Source: Ignavibacteria bacterium
GTDB taxonomy: Bacteria; Bacteroidota; Ignavibacteria; Kapaibacteriales; Kapaibacteriaceae
DNA length: 64,000 nucleotides
Assembly (NCBI GenBank): GCA_016873895.1
Contig: VGVV01000002.1
Location: forward strand, 314,152-378,151
Reading direction: 5' to 3'
In this document: piece by piece, positions 46,784 to 56,991 of the stretch
Numbering within the stretch: position 1 is the first letter of the stretch
Layout: each line of letters begins with the position of its first letter
Notes under the pieces: model-generated
Databases searched by the model: none
Seen by the model: only the letters and a program-made list of their open reading frames with translations
Told to the model about the DNA's origin: nothing
Made by a program: the position numbers and the translations under genes

Positions 46784-47566
46784 ATGAACGTGTTAGAACG
46801 GCTGATTGCGCTATTTGGTATGGCAGTTATTGCTCGTTCGTCATCAGCGCGAGAGTTTGAGAGTCTTTACGCCAACCCGTTCGAGGCCCGCATTCAATTG
46901 GTAGGGCAACTTGCTCCAAGGACCCTAAGGCTCGATATCGGAGCCTCCCCGGAATTGTTCCGTGTTGATTCAATATTTAAAGTCGAGGCCGAGTTTTTCA
47001 CTCTCACGCGGCTTCGCTCCGAGGGAAATCTGAAGTTCCCAGCAGAAACAGCAGACTATTGGTTTGGCTTTACCGGAACGTATACACCAGCCGGATCTGC
47101 TATTGATCTGCGTATCCGACTTGCCCATATCTCGTCGCATCTTGTTGACGGGTATGCAAATGCACGTGGCCAGTTCGAACGCCAGTTGCCATTTGTATAC
47201 AGCAGAGAATTCATAGAAGCTATCGCGGCCTACCGCATCGGGAATCTGCGTCCGTACGCCGGCGTAACATGGGTGTGGTCAATTCAGCCAAGGTATTTTG
47301 ATAGACTTATTCCGCATGTCGGCTTTGATTACAGCGTTGATCTTGGAGCTGATTGTGCAGTGCATGTTGGGCATGATGCAAAGCTGATTGGAATTCATGG
47401 GTCATATGCACCACAGCATTCTACGCAGATTGGCATTCAGCAGCGATATCCCTCCGGTACGTCAGCAGGGGTTGCACTGTATAGATTTGACGGCCGAAGC
47501 ATTCATGGAATGTTCGCCAACCAAGCGGAGTCGTATCTGGGTTTAGGGTTATCCTTTACCTATTGA
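46784..47566 (+). CDS. Hypothetical outer-membrane beta-barrel-like protein encoded after lpxA
   Basis: A signal-like N-terminus, a C-terminal ...GLGLSFTY aromatic terminus and alternating beta-strand patterning. It may be a lipid A-modifying OM enzyme, but nothing supports that. Confidence 0.35.
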   Translation: MNVLERLIALFGMAVIARSSSAREFESLYANPFEARIQLVGQLAPRTLRLDIGASPELFRVDSIFKVEAEFFTLTRLRSEGNLKFPAETADYWFGFTGTYTPAGSAIDLRIRLAHISSHLVDGYANARGQFERQLPFVYSREFIEAIAAYRIGNLRPYAGVTWVWSIQPRYFDRLIPHVGFDYSVDLGADCAVHVGHDAKLIGIHGSYAPQHSTQIGIQQRYPSGTSAGVALYRFDGRSIHGMFANQAESYLGLGLSFTY

Positions 47567-47636
47567 TGATCACGTGTTGACTTGAGCCGTATTTTCGTGG
47601 TTTCACACGAATACATCGCCCCTTTCCAGATACTCT

Positions 47637-48731
47637 ATGGGAATCGCCTGCGGAATTGTAGGACTACCGAATGTTGGTAAGTCTACGTTGTTCAACGCCC
47701 TTACTTCAAATGAAGCAGAGGCGGCCAATTATCCATTTTGCACTATCGATCCCAATGTGGGTATCGTGAATGTGCCCGATCCACGGCTGAAGAAGCTTGT
47801 AGATGTCTACCAGACTGATAAAGAGGTACCTACCACAGTTGAGTTCGTAGATATTGCCGGACTTGTTAAAGGGGCTTCAAAAGGCGAAGGACTTGGCAAT
47901 CAATTTTTGGGCAACATCCGGGCATGTGACGCGGTGGCGCATGTTGTTCGTTGTTTCCAGGACGACAATGTTGTTCACGTACATGGCGGTGTGAATCCTC
48001 TGCATGATATCGATATCATCGAGACAGAGTTGATTCTGAAAGATGTTGAATCTGTTGAAAATCGCATGGAAACAGTCAACAAGAAAGTACGCGCAAACGA
48101 CAAAGACGCCAAAGAAGAACATGAGATTCTCGGACTACTGCGTACACACCTCGATGGTGGCAAACCGGCTCGCACTTACGATCGCGACGATAAGGCTGCT
48201 GCAATCATTCGGCAGCTGCAGCTCTTGACAGATAAGCCAGTAATGTACGTTGCAAACACCGATGAGAATGGTGTTAAACATAGCAATGAGTTTTTAACGG
48301 CTGTGCGTGAGCGTGCTGCCTCTGAAGGAGCGGTTGTTGTGCCTATTTGTGCGAAGATCGAGGCCGAGATCGCTCTATTGGATGATGATGATCGTGCAAT
48401 GTTCTTGGCTGATCTTGGCATGGAAGAACCAGGATTGGATCGCGTTATCAGAGAGGCATACAGGCTGCTCGGCCTCATCACATACTTCACAGCTGGAAAG
48501 AAGGAGTGTCGTGCTTGGACTGTGCGCCAGGGTGCAACTGCACCTCAGGCTGCGGGTGTGATACACACCGACTTTGAACGCGGGTTTATCCGCGCTGAAG
48601 TTATGTCGTACAACGACTGGGAACGCCTCGGCAGCGAGCAATCCGTAAAGGATGCAGGAATGTATCGAGTAGAGGGGAAAGAGTACATCGTTAAAGACGG
48701 TGACATCATGTACTTCCGCTTTAACGTTTAA
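47637..48731 (+). CDS. ychF: Ribosome-binding ATPase YchF
   Basis: G1 GLPNVGKST, the characteristic YchF inserted coiled-coil, and a C-terminal TGS domain. Confidence 0.9.
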   Translation: MGIACGIVGLPNVGKSTLFNALTSNEAEAANYPFCTIDPNVGIVNVPDPRLKKLVDVYQTDKEVPTTVEFVDIAGLVKGASKGEGLGNQFLGNIRACDAVAHVVRCFQDDNVVHVHGGVNPLHDIDIIETELILKDVESVENRMETVNKKVRANDKDAKEEHEILGLLRTHLDGGKPARTYDRDDKAAAIIRQLQLLTDKPVMYVANTDENGVKHSNEFLTAVRERAASEGAVVVPICAKIEAEIALLDDDDRAMFLADLGMEEPGLDRVIREAYRLLGLITYFTAGKKECRAWTVRQGATAPQAAGVIHTDFERGFIRAEVMSYNDWERLGSEQSVKDAGMYRVEGKEYIVKDGDIMYFRFNV

Positions 48732-48739
48732 GGACTACC

Positions 48740-49435
48740 ATGGCTTTTCTTGGTCACTCGGCCAGACTGCTTCTCCATTGCACTGCCGCTAGTGCTGATG
48801 CAGAACGATGGACTGCGTTGGGGTTCGACATTCTGGAGTCTTCGGAACACGAAGCACTCCTTACTGATGGACAGATCAACGTTGTACTGCGAACTGGAGA
48901 CCAGCAGCCCCCTCAGCTTGAATATCTTGGTGCATCGCTGCAGAGCATTAAGGATAAGATTCTGGCTGGCGGCAATGTGCTCGAAAAAATTGGAACAGAG
49001 GAGCTCGTGTTTGCTGGCCCTGGCATGCTACGATACAGTATCAAGCCGGCAACGGCAGCCAATGTTGTTCACTGCACTGGCGACAGCAACCCTGTTCTGG
49101 GATACGTTGATGCTCTGGTTGTTCCCGTCGTGGATGCAGATCAGGCAGCGGTCTGGGCCCAGGCTTGCGGGTATTTTATAGCAGAGGCAAGTGGACGCGA
49201 TATTCATTGTGTGGATGTTACCGATGGCATCTGGATGCTGTCGTTCAGAGAACAACCTGCTGGGGCGCCTTTCCTGCATTATACCGCCGATATCGATCAG
49301 GAGTGGATTGATGACATCAGCGGCATCTTTCCCGATGCGAAAGTGATGCGCAGTGGTGATGGCACAGTTGATCTGTTTATATGCTCCATGCCCGGTGGCC
49401 TACCTATCATGATCACAAACGATGAGATCGAGTAG
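48740..49435 (+). CDS. Hypothetical protein (possible tandem VOC/glyoxalase-like fold)
   Basis: 231 aa with weak two-repeat patterning. Confidence 0.3.
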   Translation: MAFLGHSARLLLHCTAASADAERWTALGFDILESSEHEALLTDGQINVVLRTGDQQPPQLEYLGASLQSIKDKILAGGNVLEKIGTEELVFAGPGMLRYSIKPATAANVVHCTGDSNPVLGYVDALVVPVVDADQAAVWAQACGYFIAEASGRDIHCVDVTDGIWMLSFREQPAGAPFLHYTADIDQEWIDDISGIFPDAKVMRSGDGTVDLFICSMPGGLPIMITNDEIE

Positions 49436-49440
49436 ATATC

Positions 49441-50103
49441 ATGAAGCCTTCCTTGGTACTTTTTGATCTTGATGGGACGCTGATTGACTCTCGGCGAGGT
49501 ATTGTGCATTCCCTACGTCTCGCGCTAGAGGATTCGCACATGCCCGTTGCAGAAGACCACGACTTTACCTGGTGCCTTGGTGCATCGTTGTGGAAGATTT
49601 TTGAACACTATCTGCAAACCACTGATCGGGTTCGTCTCGAACATGCTGTAGCAACATACCGCCATATCTACCGCGACGGTCCGATGTTTGAATACGACAT
49701 CTACGATGGTGTAACCGAAATGCTCTCGCGTCTCAGCAGCACTGGCGCTCGCATTGCTGTGGCAACAGCAAAAGCTCATGAGTATGCTCGAGAGGTGATT
49801 GAAGCATCAATGGTACATCGGTACATTGATCATGTATACGGCTCTGAGCTCGATGGTACAAATGTTGAAAAGCGCGACCTCCTGCGACATATCCTCATGC
49901 ATGAGCAGGCCGCTGCGCACGACGTTGTCATGATTGGGGATCGTCACCACGATATCGACGGTGCCCGTGCCAACGGCGTTGCCAATATTGGTGTACTCTA
50001 TGGTTATGGCTCGGTTGATGAGTTGTCACATGCAGATGTCTGTGTATCACGTGCACACGATATCGACGTCACAATTGCGTCCTTGGAAGCCCCCTCGCGA
50101 TAG
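49441..50103 (+). CDS. HAD-superfamily hydrolase (phosphoglycolate phosphatase-like)
   Basis: Motif I FDLDGTL, and motif IV GDRHHDIDGA. Confidence 0.7.
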   Translation: MKPSLVLFDLDGTLIDSRRGIVHSLRLALEDSHMPVAEDHDFTWCLGASLWKIFEHYLQTTDRVRLEHAVATYRHIYRDGPMFEYDIYDGVTEMLSRLSSTGARIAVATAKAHEYAREVIEASMVHRYIDHVYGSELDGTNVEKRDLLRHILMHEQAAAHDVVMIGDRHHDIDGARANGVANIGVLYGYGSVDELSHADVCVSRAHDIDVTIASLEAPSR

Positions 50104-50110
50104 GCATTGC

Positions 50111-51055
50111 ATGGACCGCAGCGAGCTTACAAAACGCGTAAAGGCCATAGCAATAGAACTTGGCTTTGATGCCGTTGGCATAGCGATTGCAGAGCCCCTT
50201 TCGATTGAGTATCAGAAGTACGAAGAGTGGATTGGCCGTGGCTACCATGGCACCATGAGCTATATGGAACGTAACATGGATGCTCGTAGAGATGTGTCTG
50301 CTATTGTACCGGGCGCACGAAGCGTTATCGTTGTTGCAAAGAATTACTACACACCAAGAAAGCATGATGTTACCGGAAAAATTGCGCGTTATGCTTGGGG
50401 AGACGACTACCATGTGGTGCTTCCACCAATGCTTGATGCACTGATAGGCAGCCTTGCAGAACTTTCACCAGGTAGCGTTTCACACCGCTACACAGACACA
50501 GGGCCTGTTCTCGAGAAAGCCTGGGCAGTACGTTCTGGTATTGGATGGCAGGGTAAGAACGGAAACATCATTCGCCGAGACATAGGCAGTTGGTTCTTTC
50601 TTGGTGTGGTGATAACGACGGCCGATTTAGAACCAGACGCACCTATGGACGACTACTGTGGTTCGTGCACGGCATGTCTTGAGCTTTGTCCAACATCTGC
50701 CATTATTGAGCCAAAGGTGGTAGATGCAACAAAGTGCATTTCGTATTGGACGATTGAGACAAAGTCGGAAACAGATTTTCCACTTCCAATAGTTGAGCAA
50801 CTCGATGGGTGGTTCTTTGGATGTGACGTTTGCCAGGATGTCTGCCCTTGGAATAGATTTCAGCAGCCCTCGTCGGAACCGCGATTTGAGGCACGAATGG
50901 GGCAGGCAAATGTGGATCCAGAACAGATTGTAACTTTGCAGCCCGAAACATTCGTCGAGCGTTTTCGTCACAGTCCGCTCAAGCGCCCGAAGCTAGCAGG
51001 ACTTCAACGAAATGCTCTAATGCTACTCAACTCTAGCAATAACGAACACGAGTAA
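50111..51055 (+). CDS. queG: Epoxyqueuosine reductase
   Basis: Two 4Fe-4S ferredoxin CxxCxxCxxxCP motifs (CGSCTACLELCP, CDVCQDVCPWN) and a cobalamin-binding core. Confidence 0.8.
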   Translation: MDRSELTKRVKAIAIELGFDAVGIAIAEPLSIEYQKYEEWIGRGYHGTMSYMERNMDARRDVSAIVPGARSVIVVAKNYYTPRKHDVTGKIARYAWGDDYHVVLPPMLDALIGSLAELSPGSVSHRYTDTGPVLEKAWAVRSGIGWQGKNGNIIRRDIGSWFFLGVVITTADLEPDAPMDDYCGSCTACLELCPTSAIIEPKVVDATKCISYWTIETKSETDFPLPIVEQLDGWFFGCDVCQDVCPWNRFQQPSSEPRFEARMGQANVDPEQIVTLQPETFVERFRHSPLKRPKLAGLQRNALMLLNSSNNEHE

Positions 51056-51062
51056 GACAGTT

Positions 51063-52010
51063 ATGACACACACAGACATCGCGATTATAGGATCCGGACC
51101 TGCCGGGTTTACTGCCGCATTGTATGCAAGTCGAGCAAACCTCGGTGTAATCATTTTCGAGGGCACCCAACCGGGTGGGCAGCTCACGATTACAACTGAC
51201 GTGGAGAATTATCCGGGTTTCGAGCATGGCATTATGGGGCCCGAGCTTATGGAGGTATTCCGCAAGCAGGCCCATCGGTTCGGTGCCATCTCACGGTACG
51301 AGCTGATAACGAACATTGATGCATCGACACGTCCATTTGTGCTCACCAACGACAAGGCAGAGACCATCACAGCCGATGCTGTGATCGTTGCAACTGGCGC
51401 TACAGCAAAACTTCTTGGTGCTCCAGGCGAACAGGAATACATGGGCTTTGGCGTAAGTGCGTGCGCCACCTGCGATGGGTTCTTTTTCCGCGGACTCAAC
51501 GTTTTTGTTATTGGAGGCGGCGATACGGCCATGGAAGAAGCCAACTATCTAACACGGTTTGCCGAGACGGTAACAATCGTGCATCGTCGCGATGATTTCC
51601 GTGCTTCAAAGATCATGGTAGAGCGTGCAAAATCGAATCCTAGAATCAAGTTTATGCTCAATGCTGTTGTGGATGAATACGTTGGAACCACAATCAATGG
51701 TATGAAAAAACTGACGCATTTACGCATCCGTGATGTGCAGTCTAACACAGTGTCGGACTATGCTGCCGACGGCGCATTTGTTGCTATCGGACACCAGCCG
51801 AATACCTCGTTGTTCTCAGGCATGCTTGACATTGATGATGTAGGGTATATCATTACACAGGGTAAATCATCTTACACAAACGTCCCTGGCATCTTTGCTT
51901 GCGGCGATGCTCAGGATAGCGTGTACCGTCAGGCAATTACTGCTGCTGGCTCTGGATGTATGGCCGCTATTGATGCAGAACGATGGCTAGAGGAAACCAG
52001 GCACGCCTAG
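51063..52010 (+). CDS. trxB: Thioredoxin-disulfide reductase
   Basis: FAD GxGxxG, redox-active CATC, and NADPH-site GGGDTAME. Confidence 0.9.
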   Translation: MTHTDIAIIGSGPAGFTAALYASRANLGVIIFEGTQPGGQLTITTDVENYPGFEHGIMGPELMEVFRKQAHRFGAISRYELITNIDASTRPFVLTNDKAETITADAVIVATGATAKLLGAPGEQEYMGFGVSACATCDGFFFRGLNVFVIGGGDTAMEEANYLTRFAETVTIVHRRDDFRASKIMVERAKSNPRIKFMLNAVVDEYVGTTINGMKKLTHLRIRDVQSNTVSDYAADGAFVAIGHQPNTSLFSGMLDIDDVGYIITQGKSSYTNVPGIFACGDAQDSVYRQAITAAGSGCMAAIDAERWLEETRHA

Positions 52011-52027
52011 TCTGCGTTTCGACCGCA

Positions 52028-53650
52028 TCATTCAACCACAGCGAATCGCAGCTTGTACTGTTTCTTGACTTTTGCTGCTGTAGCGTCGGCTAGCTCTTTG
52101 GATCGGAATCCCCAAAGGACTACGCTATAAGCGCTTTGTCCGTTACTGATAACAGACTCAAAGAAGGCCCTGTAGCCGCGACCACCCCAGATGGGAATCT
52201 GCATTTGGGCCTCGTCTTCGCTGGCAACTTGGTCTACGCGTATAGTGTGCGGCCGGTTATCCGTCCAGGATATCGTTGCTTCAACGCGATTATTCATTTG
52301 CTTGCGCGTGTTATCATCTGAAAAGTAGAACAGTGGTCTGCGCCCACCGTCGCTACGAATCGAGATCTGACGTTCAAGGACGCCATTAGCCATCAAAAAG
52401 CCCTTCACATTCTGAGCTCTCTCCAGTGCACGTGCATCGGCATCTTGCACCATAGTCTGGTCGACATGGCCAGTAAGGTTGATGTGCATCGTGATATTCT
52501 CAGAGAGGCGCTCGGCAATGGATGATAGAAGCGGGTAGTACTGCTGAAGACCATTGTCGGTTTCATCGTCAAAGAGAGCCACCACACTTGGTGATGTCGT
52601 GATATCAAGCGGCGAGTGCGGGAGAAGGATAGAATCGACGACGGCAATTTGCATGCTGTCGGCAGGGAGTTCAATTCGGAGCCATCGGGAATTGCATTCC
52701 ACTACGTCTTCAATTCCTGTCGGCATTGCTAGTGTGGAATTCCAACGTTCGGCATACAGTATTTCCCGCACAACATCGCCAACATTGCCCGCATCACCTT
52801 CTTTCATGGTATATAGCGTCCCGCCCGTTGCGCTTGAAACGTAGCGCAATGGTTGGGTAGCTAGGTCAAGCCCAATGCGAATCACATGAACCTTGATTCC
52901 TGCTTCGAGCATCTGTAGCACAACGTCTTTAGTGCTTGTTACCGCCGAGGCGTTATCACCTGTGGATGTCACGATTACGACAGAGCGAACACTACCACTG
53001 GATGGCAATTCACGAGCAGTAGCTGCTAGTATAGAGTAGAGCGCGGAAACTCCGCTAGGGGTGGGGATGTCATCGAGTGAAACATTTTCGATCGAGCGCT
53101 GAAGTGGGCCCACGCGCTGAAGCGTTGTAAGTGTTTGATTGTAGATTCCAATGCCTATGCTATCAGAGGACGACGCGCCCGAAAGAGCCCCCTTCAGACT
53201 GAGGATAACATCGCGAGCAGTGGTCCCGGAGAGCAGTGAGTTATCGATAGCGATATATGCTGCTGAACTCGCTGCTTTCGGTGAGCTTGAGTTCGACCCA
53301 ATCTCGCATTCGAATGACACTGGCGACTGCCCTCTGCAAAGGATAGAAGTTTTAACCTTTGAAACAACGGTGCTAGACGGGATGTAGTTGCCTTCGGAGT
53401 CTAGTGCAACCAGTTGGGTGAGGAACTTACCGTCGGGTTGGCGTTGAAGGCCAGTAATCTTGATGCGTGAAACTAGTGCGTTACTATCTGCAGTTAAACC
53501 AAGAAAATACCTACTGCGTGTTGCAGACTGACTAGGCAGTGGACCAGTCGATATTCCTTGTGCATCAGCCCTGTTGTGTGGCAGAATGTGCAGGGCGAGC
53601 AGCAAAGACATTACTGCTAACAGTCGGTTGAGTAGTACGAATCGGTTCAT
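52028..53650 (-). CDS. Secreted OmpA-family / SPOR-domain protein
   Basis: It has a signal peptide, an OmpA-like peptidoglycan-binding block (NRVEATI), and a C-terminal SPOR-like domain (RAFFESVISNGQSAYSVVLWGFRSKELADATAAKVKK). Confidence 0.5.
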   Translation of the reverse strand: MNRFVLLNRLLAVMSLLLALHILPHNRADAQGISTGPLPSQSATRSRYFLGLTADSNALVSRIKITGLQRQPDGKFLTQLVALDSEGNYIPSSTVVSKVKTSILCRGQSPVSFECEIGSNSSSPKAASSAAYIAIDNSLLSGTTARDVILSLKGALSGASSSDSIGIGIYNQTLTTLQRVGPLQRSIENVSLDDIPTPSGVSALYSILAATARELPSSGSVRSVVIVTSTGDNASAVTSTKDVVLQMLEAGIKVHVIRIGLDLATQPLRYVSSATGGTLYTMKEGDAGNVGDVVREILYAERWNSTLAMPTGIEDVVECNSRWLRIELPADSMQIAVVDSILLPHSPLDITTSPSVVALFDDETDNGLQQYYPLLSSIAERLSENITMHINLTGHVDQTMVQDADARALERAQNVKGFLMANGVLERQISIRSDGGRRPLFYFSDDNTRKQMNNRVEATISWTDNRPHTIRVDQVASEDEAQMQIPIWGGRGYRAFFESVISNGQSAYSVVLWGFRSKELADATAAKVKKQYKLRFAVVE

Positions 53651-53663
53651 GCAGTAGCGTAGT

Positions 53664-55031
53664 TTATGTTACTGAATCACGTTGAGAAATGGTAAATGTT
53701 ATGCGGGCTGAATCATCGCAATCGGCCGTAACACATTCACCTGCACGAACTTCCGAACCCAGAACCTTTATTGCAAGCGGATCGGCCAGGTATCGTTGAA
53801 TGACCCTCTTGAGTGGTCGTGCTCCTAATTGTACGTCGTAACCTAGTTTGCCAAGCCACTCAGCGCATGCCGGCGTAACAATCAGCTCTATGCCCAGCTT
53901 GGCAAGGCGTTGGGTTACGTTATTGATGTGTATGCCTGCTATCTGGTCTATCTCACTCTGAAGAAGGGGCTTAAAGAGTATAATCTCATCGATTCGATTA
54001 AGAAACTCGGGTCTTAGCCGGCGTTTTAGGAGCTTAAGGATTGTGAGTCTCAGTTGCGCCATGGTCGAATCTCTGTTGGTATCGTTGATCTCCAGAATGC
54101 TATCCTGAATACTTTCGGACCCAAGATTGGATGTCATGATGATAATGGTATTGGTAAAATCAACGGAGCGCCCTTGCCCATCGGTAAGGTGGCCATCATC
54201 GAGCACTTGCAGAAGTATGTTGAATACATCTGGGTGGGCTTTCTCGATTTCATCCAACAACACAACAGCAAACGGGCGTCTGCGAACGGCCTCTGTTAGC
54301 TGTCCGCCTTCTTCATATCCCACATAGCCCGGAGGTGCACCGATCAAGCGTGCAACCGAATGCTTTTCCATGTATTCACTCATATCGATGCGCACCAGCG
54401 CATGCTCATCGTCGAAGAGAAACTCTGCCAGAGCACGAGCCATCTCTGTTTTGCCAACTCCAGTGGAACCAAGAAACACGAATGATCCTATGGGACGCTT
54501 TTCGTCTTGCAGGCCAGCACGTGTTCGTCGTATAGCATTCGACACAGCCACAACAGCATCATGCTGTCCAATTACGCGATCATGGATGCGGTCTTCCATC
54601 GACAATAGTTTGCTACGCTCACTTTCTAACATCTTGCTCACGGGGATGCCAGTCCACTTAGCAACAACCTCTGCCACATCTTCGCTATCGATTTCTTCCT
54701 TAAGTAGAGGATTGTCTGATTGTAGTCGTTGCAATTCAAGCTTCACAGCTTCTACATCCTTCTCGCGATCTAGAAGAATGCCGTATCGTAGTTCTGCTAC
54801 ACGAGCGTAATCGCCAGCACGTTCCGCCTCGAGTGCCGCCAGTTTACAATCCTCAATCTCAGATTTCAACGCTCTGAGCTGCTGGATTTTGGCCTTCTCT
54901 ATTTCCCATCGAGAGCGCAACCCTGCATGGTGTGTGCGTAGCTCAGCAAGTTCGAGATCAAGCTCTTCGAGCCGCTTACGGGTAGATATTCGCAAATCGT
55001 CTGCCATTGCCGTTCCGTATTGATGTACCAA
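53664..55031 (-). CDS. Stand-alone ClpB C-terminal module: a partial M-domain coiled-coil, AAA+ D2 and the C-terminal domain, with no N-domain or D1
   Basis: It aligns with ClpB residues ~420-857. It has Walker A GSTGVGKT, Walker B VVLLDEIEKAH, sensor-1 IIIMTSN and Arg-finger GARPLKR. The upstream 50 bp abut divergent plsY, so there is no room for D1. Confidence 0.6.
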   Translation of the reverse strand: MVHQYGTAMADDLRISTRKRLEELDLELAELRTHHAGLRSRWEIEKAKIQQLRALKSEIEDCKLAALEAERAGDYARVAELRYGILLDREKDVEAVKLELQRLQSDNPLLKEEIDSEDVAEVVAKWTGIPVSKMLESERSKLLSMEDRIHDRVIGQHDAVVAVSNAIRRTRAGLQDEKRPIGSFVFLGSTGVGKTEMARALAEFLFDDEHALVRIDMSEYMEKHSVARLIGAPPGYVGYEEGGQLTEAVRRRPFAVVLLDEIEKAHPDVFNILLQVLDDGHLTDGQGRSVDFTNTIIIMTSNLGSESIQDSILEINDTNRDSTMAQLRLTILKLLKRRLRPEFLNRIDEIILFKPLLQSEIDQIAGIHINNVTQRLAKLGIELIVTPACAEWLGKLGYDVQLGARPLKRVIQRYLADPLAIKVLGSEVRAGECVTADCDDSARITFTISQRDSVT

Positions 55032-55113
55032 CTGCTATGACGAAGAAGAATCGAGTTTAAGGTAATGGCAAATCGTTTGTAAATTGCAGCTTCTTATCAG
55101 TATCAGTAGGCAT

Positions 55114-55803
55114 ATGGACCCTCTCTTACGCCTTGTAATCATCATTGCCCAGTCGTATGTGATTGGGGCAATACCATTTGCACTCCTCATTGGTAAACAC
55201 TGGTGTGGTGTTGATGTGCGAACACTTGGTAGCGGCAATCTGGGTAGTACAAACGTATACAGGAATCTTGGTTGGAAGCCAGGCATTGCCGTTCAAATTC
55301 TCGATATCGTAAAGGGACTAGTGCCGGTGTTGTTGGTGGCGTATTTTTTTGACACCCAGATGCCCTTTGAGAATCGCACTCCATTTGAAGACGAGACTGT
55401 CGTGAGGCTCATCGCAGGCGTATCTGCAGTAATCGGCCATATATTCAGTGTGTTTGTAGGATTTCGTGGCGGGAAGGGCATCAATACCTCTCTGGGGATG
55501 TTAATCGCTATCGCACCGGTTGAGCTTGCTTTTGCAGCTGGCGTCTTCGCTATCACAGTTGGTTTTTTTGGCTACATATCTCTCGGATCAATTATTGCTG
55601 CCGTGGTCATTCCCGTGGTTATGGCCGTCCGCCATAATATCTTCCACGTTGATATCAGCGGATACAAGACAGTAGTCTTCTTTATGATTGCACTGGCTGC
55701 TCTGGTTGTGTATGCGCACAGAGGTAATCTCAAAAGGCTGTGGCTGGGCACTGAGAGCCGTTTTGCTAAGCTGCAGATTTTCCGGCGTAACTCTAACAAC
55801 TGA
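55114..55803 (+). CDS. plsY: Glycerol-3-phosphate acyltransferase PlsY
   Basis: About 5 TM helices with GSGNLGSTN and FRGGKG motifs. Confidence 0.85.
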   Translation: MDPLLRLVIIIAQSYVIGAIPFALLIGKHWCGVDVRTLGSGNLGSTNVYRNLGWKPGIAVQILDIVKGLVPVLLVAYFFDTQMPFENRTPFEDETVVRLIAGVSAVIGHIFSVFVGFRGGKGINTSLGMLIAIAPVELAFAAGVFAITVGFFGYISLGSIIAAVVIPVVMAVRHNIFHVDISGYKTVVFFMIALAALVVYAHRGNLKRLWLGTESRFAKLQIFRRNSNN

Positions 55804-56783
55804 TGAATATCGGGATCATCGGGTCGGGTGCTTGGGGCACGGCGATAGCCTGCGTTGCTGCTGACAATGGGCATAACGTAGTGATGTGGGCTCGAGAGTC
55901 CGAGGTGGTTCAGGAGATTAATAGCGCTCATACAAACGAGCGGTTCCTCAAAGGGGCTCAACTAGCAACCCTCATACGCGCTACCAGCTCGATGGCTGAT
56001 GTTGGTGAGTGCGATGTTGCTATCACCGCAACGCCTACGCAGAATGTGCGCTCGGTACTGCATGATCTTGATCTCAACGGAAAGATCATCGTCAACTTAG
56101 CAAAGGGCATCGAGGTTGGAACACATTGTAGAGTTTCAGAGATAGCTGCTCAGACACTTGGCAGTGGTGTTCGATACGTTGTGCTATCTGGGCCGAGTCA
56201 TGCAGAAGAAGTGATTCAGCGCATGCCGACTACGGTGGTGTGCGCGAGCACAGACGCAGAATCGGCACACGTTGTACAAGAAATGCTCTCAATTCCATCC
56301 TTTCGCGTCTATACCAGCTCTGATGTAGCAGGTGTGGAGATCGGTGGTGCGTTAAAGAACATTATCGCCATTGCCGCTGGCATTGTCGATGGCATTGGGC
56401 TAGGGGATAACACAAAGGCCGCTCTGATTTCGCGCGGACTTGCCGAGATAGCCCGTCTTGCAATAGTGCTGGGCGCAGATCCAAAAACGCTGTATGGGTT
56501 GGCGGGGCTAGGGGACTTGTTTGTTACGTGCTCTTCTCGGCACAGTAGGAATCGATCAGTTGGCGAACGAATCGGTCGCGGCGAAACTTTGCAACAGATT
56601 ACAGCATCGATGAGTGCTGTTGCAGAGGGCGTCACAACTACAACAGCAGCACTGGAACTTGCTTCAAGCGCAGGAGTAGAGCTTCCGATTACGCAAAAAG
56701 TTTACGACATTCTTTTTAAATCCGAAGACCCACGCAAGGCGATCTATGATCTGATGACTCGCCAAGCACGCACGGAAAATTAA
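55803..56783 (+). CDS. gpsA: NAD(P)H-dependent glycerol-3-phosphate dehydrogenase
   Basis: N-terminal Rossmann fold GSGAWGTA, with a GpsA C-terminal domain. Confidence 0.9.
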   Translation: MNIGIIGSGAWGTAIACVAADNGHNVVMWARESEVVQEINSAHTNERFLKGAQLATLIRATSSMADVGECDVAITATPTQNVRSVLHDLDLNGKIIVNLAKGIEVGTHCRVSEIAAQTLGSGVRYVVLSGPSHAEEVIQRMPTTVVCASTDAESAHVVQEMLSIPSFRVYTSSDVAGVEIGGALKNIIAIAAGIVDGIGLGDNTKAALISRGLAEIARLAIVLGADPKTLYGLAGLGDLFVTCSSRHSRNRSVGERIGRGETLQQITASMSAVAEGVTTTTAALELASSAGVELPITQKVYDILFKSEDPRKAIYDLMTRQARTEN

Positions 56784-56989
56784 TGTGAGTCGCCACCGAG
56801 CCGCTCCACCACGAGCTTGGCCTGATCGAGATACTCTCTGCATACCTGCGCAAGCTTCATACCTTCTTCGAAAATCTTGAGTTGCTCGTCTAACGGTAGC
56901 TCGCCGCGATCAAGTAGCATCGAGATTTCTTCCAGCCTTTTGAGCTGGTCTTCAAGCGAGATTTCTGGTGTATTTCCTTTGGACTTCAT
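56780..56989 (-). CDS. xseB: Exodeoxyribonuclease VII small subunit
   Basis: 69 aa helical protein (LEDQLKRLEEI...LDEQLKIFEEG) immediately downstream of xseA. Confidence 0.8.
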   Translation of the reverse strand: MKSKGNTPEISLEDQLKRLEEISMLLDRGELPLDEQLKIFEEGMKLAQVCREYLDQAKLVVERLGGDSH

Positions 56990-56991
56990 CT

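Noticed and set aside
53664-55031. Treating the ClpB fragment as a window-edge artefact
   Set aside because: The gene is internal to the window, and the upstream sequence is occupied by plsY on the opposite strand.
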